DNA of 62,662 nt from a virus. Lineage: Duplodnaviria > Caudoviricetes. The DNA is taken from positions 1 to 62,662 of IMG/VR virus record IMGVR_UViG_3300032322_000475. One strand, 5' to 3'. Made by a program: the position numbers and the translations under genes. The notes beneath the pieces are model-generated. The model saw only the letters and a list, made by a program, of their open reading frames with translations. It did not search any database and had not been told where the DNA came from. Shown here piece by piece: positions 18,835-29,100 of this stretch. Numbering within the stretch: position 1 is the stretch's first letter; every line of letters starts with the position of its first letter.

Positions 18835-19149
18835 ATGTCAACCGGTACCACAAAATCCCCAGCATTACCAGTCGCTCCGGTAGAATACAGTCGTGCTTAT
18901 CAGGATCAGTTAAACAACGTTTTGCGGTTGTATTTTTCGCAATTGGACAATGCCGGTCCGAGCGCAGGATCTGTACAGAGAACGGGAAATACTGTTGTTG
19001 CTGCGTTAAATTTTAGTGCCATTGATCCAACTAGCGGTAACTCCGTTGTTAGTTTTGCTACCAGCATGGATGAGTCGGCAGGCAAGTTGCGAATCGGCGA
19101 TGTGTACTATGACGTTGCCACAAACGTATTAAAAATAAAGGTGTCTTAA
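18835..19149 (+). CDS. Small tail protein
   Basis: LPVAPVEYSRAYQDQLNNVLRLYFSQLD; GDVYYD end. Confidence 0.55.
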   Translation: MSTGTTKSPALPVAPVEYSRAYQDQLNNVLRLYFSQLDNAGPSAGSVQRTGNTVVAALNFSAIDPTSGNSVVSFATSMDESAGKLRIGDVYYDVATNVLKIKVS

Positions 19150-19150
19150 T

Positions 19151-22100
19151 ATGAGCCTCCATACCCTAGCCCAACATCTGCAAAGCGCCGGTAGGGGCGA
19201 CGATACCGTCCTCGTTCACATGACTCCCGGCGAGGTTAGCGGCTTGCAGTCATTGGCGATGGCGCACGGCGGAAGTCTGACAATTAACCCAGAAACTGGC
19301 TTGCCGGAAGCTGGGTTCTTGCGTGCGATTCTGCCCATGGTGGCGGGCGCATTCTTGGGTCCAGCCGGTATTGGGCTTGCGTCTAGCGCGCTTCAAGCTG
19401 GACTGATGGTGGGTGCAGTTGGCACGGCGGCTACAGGCAGTCTGGGCAAGGGCTTGATGATGGGCTTGGGTGCCTATGGCGGCGCAGGCTTGGCGGAAGG
19501 TCTAATCGGTGCAGGCGCTGCAAGTACTGCGAAAGCCGGTGCTGGGGCAGGAATGTCTGCATATACAAACCCAGCAGCATTCGCGGGCAGCGTCACTCCC
19601 GCAGTAGGCACGGCAGGTACAGCAGGTGCAGCAGGTGCGGCAGGAACAGCAGGAGTTAATGTGCCGCCGGGATTGCAAGCGGCAACTACTACAGGTTATG
19701 CAACGCCGACAACATCTACATTAGCACCGGCTGGTGCTGTCACCAATCCAGCATCAGGCCAGCTCATCGCTGGAAATATAAATTACGGCGGTCAAGGCAT
19801 GGTGAACCCAGTGCCGTATGGCGGCGCTGCGCCACCCCCTCCTCCTAGCGTATTGAGTTCCGTTAAAGAAGGCGTGTCTGGCGCTTACGACCGCGCATCA
19901 AACACGCTTGGCAAATTGTTTAGCGGATCAAAAGAAGACGAAGCGTTTAGAAAAGAGTGGCTAGAAAAGTACAAAAACCCGCTGATTGCTGGCGGCGTAG
20001 GCACACTTGCCATGTACAAGCCAAAGCAGCCGGGCGCACCGGAAGAAGCGCCTTACGAATACACGCCGTTTGACTATGTGCGTCCCTACAACCCAAGCGC
20101 CATAGAGCCGGGCAGCTCAAAAGAACGTGGCTATTTTCGCGCAGCAGACGGCGGGTTGGCAACGTTGCCAGTAGAAAATATGTCGCGGCAGAACGCGCTG
20201 ATGGACAACAACAGATATCCGATGGCGTTCCAGCAGACACCAACTTACGCCAACCCATCAGAGCGCCCTATAGCGCAGAACGTCATCTATCCATCAACAG
20301 ATGCGTCGGTTTCTCCGTACAGCGGCACACCTGGCATGGCAAGCGGCGGTGTGGTGGCGTTAGCAAATGGTGGTCCGACCCCACAGCAGATTGCTGCTGG
20401 ACAGACAGCCTACGCGGCACAAGAAAAACTAATCAACAGTACGGTCAAACCTTACAATATTGACAGTATTGCTGAACCAAAAGGTGGTTGGACGAATACA
20501 AACGTTTACGCCACTTACGCGCCGTTGCTAACAAAAGAGCGGAACGAACTGATGGCGTTGCGAGGACAACTGCCACAGTATTTGGACGCCAAGGGCGAGC
20601 CAAAACCGGGATTCGAGGATGTTGTTGGCCTGCTGCAAAATGCTATCGCGGGTCAAACTGATGACCTGACGCAAGCGGTTGAAACTGTCTACGGCAAAAT
20701 TCCGAGAACAGATCCTAACTTCGAAGATCCGAAAAAAGCGGCAGCAATAACCGCTGCACAAACCAACGAAGAAGCGCAGATAAATGCGCTGTTGGCAAAC
20801 TTCGTTAACAACGTGCCCACTGTTCCCGGCATACCAGGCTTGGCAGGCTCAGAGTTTGCAAAGGAAATCAAAGCTAGGCTGGATGCTGAAACTGCGCAGA
20901 AGCAAGAAGCAGCGATATTCCAGAACAACATCGTTCCTGTGCTGACCGGCGTGACCGGCCAACCAAAACCGGCTGACTCTATTAAGTTGGTGAACGCGAT
21001 GGTAGCGGCTGGCCTGATTGACAAAGAAGGCAAGACGACTGCCAAGGGCGAACAGTTTTCTGGAGTAGCAGGTTTTGCCAAAGACACGTTACAGGCGTAT
21101 CAAGAGGGTGAGAAGTCATTAGCTCGTTCTAGAGAAACATCTGCGGCAAGATTGCCAACGTTTGAAATGCCGCGAGAAGGACTTGAAATACTTGCGGATA
21201 AATTAAAGGAAATTCATTCAGGAAAAACACCTGCACCTAAAATTGGTGCGGTAACAAATGCCACCCAAGGTTGGAACACCACGGCTAGAAATTTGACTGC
21301 TGCCGATGTAACGGCGGTATTTGAAGAAGTTGTTGGCCGTAAACCAACAGCAGCCGAACTACAGCAGTACGTAGGTAATCGCGCTAGCCTTCAAGATTTT
21401 GCAGCGGGCATCGGCGCAGCGCCACTAGACCACTTAACTGCACGCAGCAAGCCATTTACCGCAGATGAAATACAAGCACAGGCCAAGTACTACTGGGGCC
21501 GCGAGATGGATGACGGCGAACTTGCGGGTTTTATAAAGGGAGCTAACGCTGGTTCATATCCTACATTTGCTCACCTTCGTAATGCCTTAACTGCACACAC
21601 TGATCGAGCTGGCAAAAATTCATATCAGCTTAACCTGCAAAATCAAGTAGATCTTGCAATTAAACCGCCTCCAGTTGGACCTACACCAGTTGAGATTGCT
21701 GACGTTTACAACGACGTACTTGGGCGCAAGCCAACCAAGGCTGAATACGATGCTGCTGTATCTGGAAAAACGCCTGTTGCTGCGCTGCGCACCAACCTGC
21801 TGAACAGCACGGAGTATCTTGAGAAGCGTATTTATCAGCCAGAAGACCGACCTTCGGGCGTAGGTGGATCTGGTTTTGCCGTACAACAGCCGGGTGCAGG
21901 TGCGCCAAGCACTACGACTGGCATCGGCACGCTGCCCGGCACAACGCCTATTTCTGGCGGCACTGGATTTACGTCAGCGCCGACAGCGCCGCGAGTAAAG
22001 ACGCCGGAAGAGATTGCTGCTGATCAGGCATACATGCAGGCTTATACTAGTTACACCCCAACTGGTGGCGGCATCGCACGGCCTGTTATGGATGAGAAAA

Positions 22101-22828
22101 TGCAACAAGATATTGCGACCGTTGCAGGCAATATCTATCGTCCGCAATTCTTGCCAGCAGCGGAAACGCCGGATATCCGCTTCATCCGTGACGTCACGGG
22201 TCAAGCGTTCCCGTACCGTGATCCAAACAAAGAGCTGGGGCTGACAGGACTGTACTCGCAGTTATCGCAGAAGATGCCTGACCTGCGACAGGGGCTAACG
22301 TTTACACCTAGCCAAGGAGCCGTGTTGGCTGCGCCGTTCTCGAACGTGACGCCGGGCTTGATCACCTTGCAGTCTGCTGCTGCGCCACAAGCGTACACAC
22401 CGCCAACACCGGTGTTGGCGGGCACAACTACGCAGACGGTTGCGCTGACACCAGAAGAGCAGATGTTGATGGCGCAGGCGCAGAATCTGCAACAGAACCG
22501 CACAGCAACTATGGCAGCCGGTGGTTACGCTGGCGGCGGGTATCACTTGGGCGATTACTCTGATGGTGGACGTTTACTGAAAGGGCCGGGCGATGGAGTA
22601 TCTGATTCTATCCCTGCTTCTATTGGCAACAGGCAGCCTGCTCGTCTTGCTGATGGTGAGTTTGTGATTCCAGCGCGAATCGTGTCAGAACTTGGCAACG
22701 GTTCCACAGACGCAGGAGCGCGGCAGTTGTACGCCATGATGGAAAGGATTCAGAAACGCAGGGGCAAGACCGTAGGAAAGGGCAAGGTGGCTGTGGATAG
22801 TAAATCTCGTAGTCTCCTGCCTGCATGA
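19151..22828 (+). CDS. Large internal virion/ejection protein
   Basis: GRGDDTVLVHMTPGE and INPETGLPE N-terminus, hydrophobic Gly/Ala stretch, xxGG motifs, DUF4214-like repeats, C-terminal GPGDGVSDSIPA..ARLADGEFV. Confidence 0.7.
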   Translation: MSLHTLAQHLQSAGRGDDTVLVHMTPGEVSGLQSLAMAHGGSLTINPETGLPEAGFLRAILPMVAGAFLGPAGIGLASSALQAGLMVGAVGTAATGSLGKGLMMGLGAYGGAGLAEGLIGAGAASTAKAGAGAGMSAYTNPAAFAGSVTPAVGTAGTAGAAGAAGTAGVNVPPGLQAATTTGYATPTTSTLAPAGAVTNPASGQLIAGNINYGGQGMVNPVPYGGAAPPPPPSVLSSVKEGVSGAYDRASNTLGKLFSGSKEDEAFRKEWLEKYKNPLIAGGVGTLAMYKPKQPGAPEEAPYEYTPFDYVRPYNPSAIEPGSSKERGYFRAADGGLATLPVENMSRQNALMDNNRYPMAFQQTPTYANPSERPIAQNVIYPSTDASVSPYSGTPGMASGGVVALANGGPTPQQIAAGQTAYAAQEKLINSTVKPYNIDSIAEPKGGWTNTNVYATYAPLLTKERNELMALRGQLPQYLDAKGEPKPGFEDVVGLLQNAIAGQTDDLTQAVETVYGKIPRTDPNFEDPKKAAAITAAQTNEEAQINALLANFVNNVPTVPGIPGLAGSEFAKEIKARLDAETAQKQEAAIFQNNIVPVLTGVTGQPKPADSIKLVNAMVAAGLIDKEGKTTAKGEQFSGVAGFAKDTLQAYQEGEKSLARSRETSAARLPTFEMPREGLEILADKLKEIHSGKTPAPKIGAVTNATQGWNTTARNLTAADVTAVFEEVVGRKPTAAELQQYVGNRASLQDFAAGIGAAPLDHLTARSKPFTADEIQAQAKYYWGREMDDGELAGFIKGANAGSYPTFAHLRNALTAHTDRAGKNSYQLNLQNQVDLAIKPPPVGPTPVEIADVYNDVLGRKPTKAEYDAAVSGKTPVAALRTNLLNSTEYLEKRIYQPEDRPSGVGGSGFAVQQPGAGAPSTTTGIGTLPGTTPISGGTGFTSAPTAPRVKTPEEIAADQAYMQAYTSYTPTGGGIARPVMDEKMQQDIATVAGNIYRPQFLPAAETPDIRFIRDVTGQAFPYRDPNKELGLTGLYSQLSQKMPDLRQGLTFTPSQGAVLAAPFSNVTPGLITLQSAAAPQAYTPPTPVLAGTTTQTVALTPEEQMLMAQAQNLQQNRTATMAAGGYAGGGYHLGDYSDGGRLLKGPGDGVSDSIPASIGNRQPARLADGEFVIPARIVSELGNGSTDAGARQLYAMMERIQKRRGKTVGKGKVAVDSKSRSLLPA

Positions 22829-23283
22829 GTGAGATAACGTACAAAGCAGTTAACCCGTTCGAGTTTGCAAAACAACTGGAGGAAATATTTCCAGCTCACT
22901 ACGATGAGTTGTGCGTAACCAAGGATTTTCCGATGGCACCGGATTACGACCGGTACGCACAAATGGCACAGATGGGTTGGTTGATATGTATCAACTGCAT
23001 GGATGGTGATGAGTTAATTGGGTACATCATTTTTATTATCCAGCCGCACTTGCATTACAAAACTTGCATAACCGCATTTGAAGATATTTATTATTTGAAA
23101 CCGGAGTACCGCAAAGGGCGCATCGGAATCAAGATGTTTAAGTACGCGGAAGAAGTCTTGAAAGAGATTGGTGTGGACAGAATCATCATGCACACCAAGA
23201 TACATCTGGACAATTCACGTTTGTTTGAATATCTGGGTTACAAGCACACTGATAAGCTGTACACAAAGATATTGCAGAGGTAG
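22825..23283 (+). CDS. GNAT-family acyltransferase
   Basis: DIYYLKPEYRKGRIG acyl-CoA motif; LFEYLGY. Confidence 0.85.
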   Translation: MSEITYKAVNPFEFAKQLEEIFPAHYDELCVTKDFPMAPDYDRYAQMAQMGWLICINCMDGDELIGYIIFIIQPHLHYKTCITAFEDIYYLKPEYRKGRIGIKMFKYAEEVLKEIGVDRIIMHTKIHLDNSRLFEYLGYKHTDKLYTKILQR

Positions 23284-23285
23284 TT

Positions 23286-24422
23286 ATGAACTATTCGCGC
23301 AGAGCACTTGAAGCATTTGGCGAACCGTTTGGTGAGAGCGCAACCCGATTAAAAGTGGGTGGGCGCATCTATGGCGGGGGTGGATCACCTGCGCCTGGAC
23401 CACCTGCTAACACTACCAACATTCAATACACCTACCCGCCTGAAGTGCGGGGTGATGTTATTGATCTTGCCAAGAACGCCATGCGTGCGTCCAAGTCGGA
23501 GTACCAGCCGTACACGCGGGAGCGCATAGCTGGATTCGATCCGTTCCAAGTTACCGCGCAGCAGGCGGTTGCTAACCTTGGACCAGCGCAACAGCTTGGT
23601 GCTGCTACGCAGTTTGCTGGTGCTGCTGGCTTGCGGGCGGGCGACATCAATTACATCCCTAGTCAGTTCCAGACTGGCTCGTTCACACAGCCTGGTGCGG
23701 CAGAAACGTACATGTCGCCGTACTACCAGAACGTGGTGGACATACAGGCGCGTGAAGCAAGGCGTCAGTCTGACATTGAGCGCACAAAACAGCAGGCACA
23801 GGCGGTCGGTGCTGGTGCGTTTGGTGGTAGTCGGCAGGCTATTCTGGAAGCAGAGCGTCAGCGCAATCTTGGTACGCAGATAGGTGACATACAAGCGCGT
23901 GGTGCGCAGGCTGCTTACGAGCAGGCGCAGAACTTGTACCAAGCAGAGCAGCAGCGAGCGCTGGAAGCACAGCGGCAGACAGAAGCATCACGGCAATACG
24001 GTGCAGGACTTGCTCTGCAAGGATTGCAGCAACAGCTAGCAGCAGCACAGCAACTGGGCGGCTTGGGTCAGGCGCAGTTTGGGCAGCAAAAAGACATCAT
24101 CAACGCGCTGCAAAGTGTTGGTCAGCAGTATCAAGCGCTGGAACAGCAGCGGCTTACGCAGCAGTACGAAGACTTCCTGCGGCAGAAGAAGTATCCGTAC
24201 GAGCAGTTAGCGTTTGCCAAGGAGATGATTGCTGGTATTCCAACGCAGACTACACAGGCTGTCTATCAAGCGCCGCCGTCTACGACTGCGCAGTTAGCGG
24301 GCATAGGCACAGCGTTGTATGGGGCAAGCAAGTTGTTTGGCAGCAAAGAGGGTGGTCTGATGTCTAGCTACGCAGGCGGCGGATTAGCTGACCTAGCGAT
24401 TGATCATCTGTCGAGGGGTTAA
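23286..24422 (+). CDS. Ejection/DNA pilot-like protein
   Basis: Gln/Ala-rich helical; YMSPYYQNVVD, AGAFGGSRQAI, QLAGIGTALYG. Confidence 0.7.
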   Translation: MNYSRRALEAFGEPFGESATRLKVGGRIYGGGGSPAPGPPANTTNIQYTYPPEVRGDVIDLAKNAMRASKSEYQPYTRERIAGFDPFQVTAQQAVANLGPAQQLGAATQFAGAAGLRAGDINYIPSQFQTGSFTQPGAAETYMSPYYQNVVDIQAREARRQSDIERTKQQAQAVGAGAFGGSRQAILEAERQRNLGTQIGDIQARGAQAAYEQAQNLYQAEQQRALEAQRQTEASRQYGAGLALQGLQQQLAAAQQLGGLGQAQFGQQKDIINALQSVGQQYQALEQQRLTQQYEDFLRQKKYPYEQLAFAKEMIAGIPTQTTQAVYQAPPSTTAQLAGIGTALYGASKLFGSKEGGLMSSYAGGGLADLAIDHLSRG

Positions 24423-24424
24423 GG

Positions 24425-26191
24425 ATGAAGCGCGATGACTTTGGTGTGCGGATAGACGAGATCCGCGAGCTGGCAACCAAGTACAGCAAGCCTGACTTGG
24501 CGCGTATGGTGCAGATGGGCATGTTGGAACCACAACGTGCGCTGATGGCGGGCATGATGATTGACCGCATCACCAAGTCTGCTATGCAGCCGCCACAGAC
24601 TACAGTTGTAGAAGACGTGCTTTCTCCGCAGCCGCCTACAACCGCACAGGGTCAGATGCCGCCGGGCATTATGGCAGCAGCGGGTGCGCCTGCGCCTAGT
24701 GCGGGCGTGGCAGCGTTGCCAAGCGGGATGCGACAGATGGCAGGTGGTGGCATCGTGGCATTTGCTGACGGTGGCGATACCGAAGACTATGCTGATGGCG
24801 GCGTAATTGCTATGGCTGGTGGCGGGATGGAGGACTTTAGACGTGATCCGGCTAGTCGGGTAAACCCGCGTGTGCAAGCACAAAGAGATCAAGAGCGTCA
24901 GCGTATTTTGATGGAAGAGTTGGCGGATGCCCGTGCAAGGCTCGCCCGTGGTGACCCGCGTGCGCAAGGCGATGTTGATGCTTTAACTCGCGAACTGCGT
25001 AGGGCAATACCGAAACCAAGTGCTGATGCTGGTGTTACATCACTATTCCCGTCCGCACAGGCGGCTGAACCTATGGCTGCTCGTGCTCCGGTTACTTCTG
25101 CACCAGTAGAGGATGAGGCTATTTATGATCCGATGACTGGTGTCAAAATATCCGGTCCAGAGCCGACGGCGTATTCGCCACAAGTAAAGCCTGGTACTCG
25201 ATATGAGCCAAATATAATTAAAGACATCTTGCAGGGTTCACCCGGTGGTGCAAGACCGGCACCTGCTCCTGCGGCTCCTCCGAGCAAAGAGCCGCCTCCG
25301 CCAGCAGTGGTTGAACGACGGCCTGCTGAAGAAAAGGCTGCACCTGCTGTGCCAGCAGAACCAGAGATCAAAAGGCCAAAAGCTATTGAAGCACAACAGC
25401 TTGAGGTGCCAAAAGAACGCACTCTCAAAGAAGAGGCTGCTGATATCAAGGCGGCGTATCAAGAGCTGGGCGTTGATGTAGACATGTACAAGAACCAAAT
25501 GAGAGAGCTAGAGGGCAAGAAGGCTAGTTTTGCACAGAGAAAAGAGAAGGCTCTTGGTGCTGCTCTGATGGCTTTTGGTTTCGACTTGGCTAGTGCTCGT
25601 GAGGGGCAGGTCTTCCAGCAATTAAACAAGGGCGGCCAGAGGGCGCTTGGCATGTACGTGAATGACATGGACAAGATTGCCGAGAACGAAGACCGCATCG
25701 ACATGTTGAATCGTCAGCTTCAGATGGCAGAGAACAACTTCCGTCGCACGGGAGCAGACTCCGCTCTGACGCAAATGCGGGCTAGGCGTGAACGCATAGA
25801 ACAGGTGCAGGCCAAGAACGTTGAATTAAAGCAGCGTGCGGCAGAAGCCACAGCAAATCTTGAGGCAAGCGTTTACCAGACCGATGTGGGTGCTAAAGCA
25901 AGAAAAGACGTGGCTGATGCACAGGCTGCGGCAAAAGCAGCCGTGGCTGGCCGAGCAGGTGCGTTGACGCAGAAGCAGCGGTTTGATATTGAGCAACAAC
26001 TGCGTGTTGAGCTTGAGCCAAAGCTACGAGAGCAATACAAAAATCATCCCAACCCTGACAAGAAAGTTGCAGAAGAGTTGCAGAAACAAATTAGAGCAAG
26101 GATTTCAGAACTCGAATCACGGCAATCTGGTTACGGTGGCAACGTTCCCGCCCAAGATATGTTTGCAGAATGGTCTGTTGAGGGTATGTAA
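24425..26191 (+). CDS. Ejection protein
   Basis: MAGGGIVAFADGG..YADGG..MAGGG cluster; Pro-rich linkers; coiled-coil C-terminus. Confidence 0.65.
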   Translation: MKRDDFGVRIDEIRELATKYSKPDLARMVQMGMLEPQRALMAGMMIDRITKSAMQPPQTTVVEDVLSPQPPTTAQGQMPPGIMAAAGAPAPSAGVAALPSGMRQMAGGGIVAFADGGDTEDYADGGVIAMAGGGMEDFRRDPASRVNPRVQAQRDQERQRILMEELADARARLARGDPRAQGDVDALTRELRRAIPKPSADAGVTSLFPSAQAAEPMAARAPVTSAPVEDEAIYDPMTGVKISGPEPTAYSPQVKPGTRYEPNIIKDILQGSPGGARPAPAPAAPPSKEPPPPAVVERRPAEEKAAPAVPAEPEIKRPKAIEAQQLEVPKERTLKEEAADIKAAYQELGVDVDMYKNQMRELEGKKASFAQRKEKALGAALMAFGFDLASAREGQVFQQLNKGGQRALGMYVNDMDKIAENEDRIDMLNRQLQMAENNFRRTGADSALTQMRARRERIEQVQAKNVELKQRAAEATANLEASVYQTDVGAKARKDVADAQAAAKAAVAGRAGALTQKQRFDIEQQLRVELEPKLREQYKNHPNPDKKVAEELQKQIRARISELESRQSGYGGNVPAQDMFAEWSVEGM

Positions 26192-29100
26192 ATGGCTCAA
26201 TACAAGGTCACCAGCCCCGAAGGCAAGCAGTACGTTGTTAACGGTCCGGCTGGTGCTAGCCGTGAGCAAGTACTAGAAGTTCTCAAATATAAGCTTGAGG
26301 CGGAGGAACGTCCCGAGCGTTCGCTTGGGCAAGAAATAACTGCTGGATTTGCTCGAGGCAAAGAACGTCTGAAATCTGCGCTAGGTGATGTGTTGCCTGC
26401 GATGGTGGCAAGTGGTCTTGGTTTTGAAGATTACGCCAAGAAGCAAATGGCAGAGGCCGCTCAGTCAGAGCGCGACATAGCAGAATTTAATCCACCATCA
26501 TTCCGATCCTACAAAGACGTTACCGGTCCAAGGTCTGCGCTGGGCTACGTTGCTGAGACGCTGAGTGAAACAGCGCCTGACATCCTTGCATCTTTACTTC
26601 CCGGTGGTGTTGGTGGCGCTGCGGCTCGTCGTATAGGCACCGCTGGACTGCGAGAGTTGGGTGCTGCTGGTGCGGAGCAAATCGCTCGTCGCGGCGCTAT
26701 GGGTGAGGCTGCTGGTGTGTACTTGGGCAGCTATGCACAGAACGCACCCGAGGTATTCCAGAGTATCTACAACGAGACAGGTCAGCTAGAGCCGGGCGTG
26801 GCTGCGATATTTGGCTCTGTCAGCGCTGGGCTAGACTCTATCCTACCGGCGTCTATCCTGCGATCCATGTCAGCGCCTGTTAAGGTGGGCGTGGTGGAGA
26901 AGATCCTTGAGCGGTCAGGCATGGAGCCTAGCCTGCTGCGCAAGGTTGTGGCGCAGGTTCCTGGGAATGCGGCAAGAGAAGGTCTGACAGAAGCGGCGCA
27001 GGAAGCAATCAATATCACAGCAGAGGACTTCGTCAAGAAGACGGACAGGATCTGGGACAGTGAGGATTGGAACCGAATCGTTGAATCTGGTATCCGCGGC
27101 AGTATTGCTGGCGGCGCTTTTGGCGTTCCCGGTTCCGTGGCCGAGCGCGTACGTGAGCGTGCGGCAGAGCCAGAGCGGTTGGCACAAGACATCGCTACAG
27201 AGGAAGAGCGGCTGGCACAGATTGTGCCGGAAGCCCCTTTGGAAACGTTGCCACCGCCGATGGTCAAGATTGACCGGAATGATCTGCTACAGGCAGGTCT
27301 GAAGCCGCAGTCTGTCTACGTGCGGGAGCTGACTGGCAAGGATCCGTCTATCCCAGAAGAGGCTAGCCAGATAGAGGCCACGCTAGCAAAGATGCGCAAG
27401 AACTCGAAGATGGATCCAGAAGTACTGGCGTCCGTCGAGAACGTAATTGAGGCGTACAAGGCACGGCCAGCAGAAGATACTGTTGCAGCAGAACAGCCAA
27501 CCCCTGCGTTGTTTAGCCGTACGCCAAAGACATCCCCTGTCAAAACTTACAAAACGGCTGATGGTTATACGTTTTACGAATTGCCTACCGGAGAAGTTGT
27601 TGACAACTTAAATCCAAATCTTGTTGATATATCTTGGCCTTCAAAAGAACAGTTCTTTCAAGACACCGAAGGTACTGCATACGAGGTAGATGATGAGCTT
27701 GGCAAAAGAAGAGCTGCTATAGAAAGTGTAGGCAGCGCAAAACCAATTCCAGAAAGACTTGCCACGTTTTTCCCAGATGATGCACAAGCGCAATTCTTAA
27801 GAGCTAGAAACAAACAACTTGCGGAGCAAGAAGCCAAGGATAGGCGCTCACAACTGCGCTTGGTTTCTGATGATGAGACATCAACTAAATCTTTGTTCAG
27901 TGCAGAGCGCAAGAAAACCAAAGAACGTATCCCAGAGCTGGAAGAGTTAGCGCAAGGCGTTATTGAAGGCAGAGTTACCAAAGAGCAATACGACGAAGGC
28001 GTCAAGGCATTTAAGCCTGTAACGCCGTACACAGAAATTCCTGCGCCTGCTACCTCGGCAGACTTGGAGCGGTCGCTTTCTACGGATAAACGAGAGCGCA
28101 TCTACTCTCCGCGGGAGGAGCTGGAAGAGGGCTACCCAGTTGGGTTGCGGCTGGACATTCCTGCTTACACCAACCATGGCGTGTGGGCTATCTCCGTCCA
28201 CGAGCAGCAGAAGAATTTTAATGCCGGTAAGTCTATTGGATATGATTCTGTGGCAGCCATCACAGAGCCTACGTTTGGTGCTGTAGAAAAAGCTGCACTG
28301 TCGATTGCTGCTGGCAAAGCCAAGTCCACCATTGCTGTGGTCAAGGGTAAGTGGAAGCCGTTGACAGAGAAGGAAGCGGTTGCGCAGGCGAAGGCAGCGC
28401 TAAAAGATAAGAATTGGGCGCAGGTGGGGATGGATCCTACCCGACATGCTTACTTCTATGATCGCAAGACAGGCGAGCCGGTTGTTTCTGGCGATGAAGC
28501 AATCATGGTGGGTCCGCTGGTGCTGGTGAAGAACCCAGTCTACGCGCCTAAAGATCAGTTCTTGTTTAGCAGTTCTCCGTTAGTTAACGCGCCGCCCAAC
28601 GAGCGTGGTATGTCTAGGGATGCTGTTGAAAATGTTGTCCAGACTATCAAACGTACGTGGACAAATGCTCCTGCGCACGTAACCGTACAGAGCGTCAGCG
28701 ATTTGCCCAAAGCTCTCCGCGAGCAAGCAGAGCGGGATGGTGTTAATCCGCGCGGGGTGTATGAGCCAGATAGTCAAATTGTGTACTTGGTCGCAGACAA
28801 TATACCGAACCAGGCACAGGCGGCCATCACCCTAGCGCACGAAGCCCTCGGCCACTTTGGTTTGCGTGTGGTGCTGGGCAAGAACTTCAACAGAATGATG
28901 GACGACCTGTACCGCACGAACAAGATGGTTCGTGACCGGGCAGACGAGAAGATCAAAGAGGGTGACGACCAGCGTACGGCTGTTGAAGAAGTTTTGGCAG
29001 AGATGGCGCAAGAGGTGTACGACACCAGAGTGCCAGAGAACAAGAACAAGATATCCGCTTTGCAGAAGGTCATCAACGCGATTAAGCAGTTCCTGCGCAA

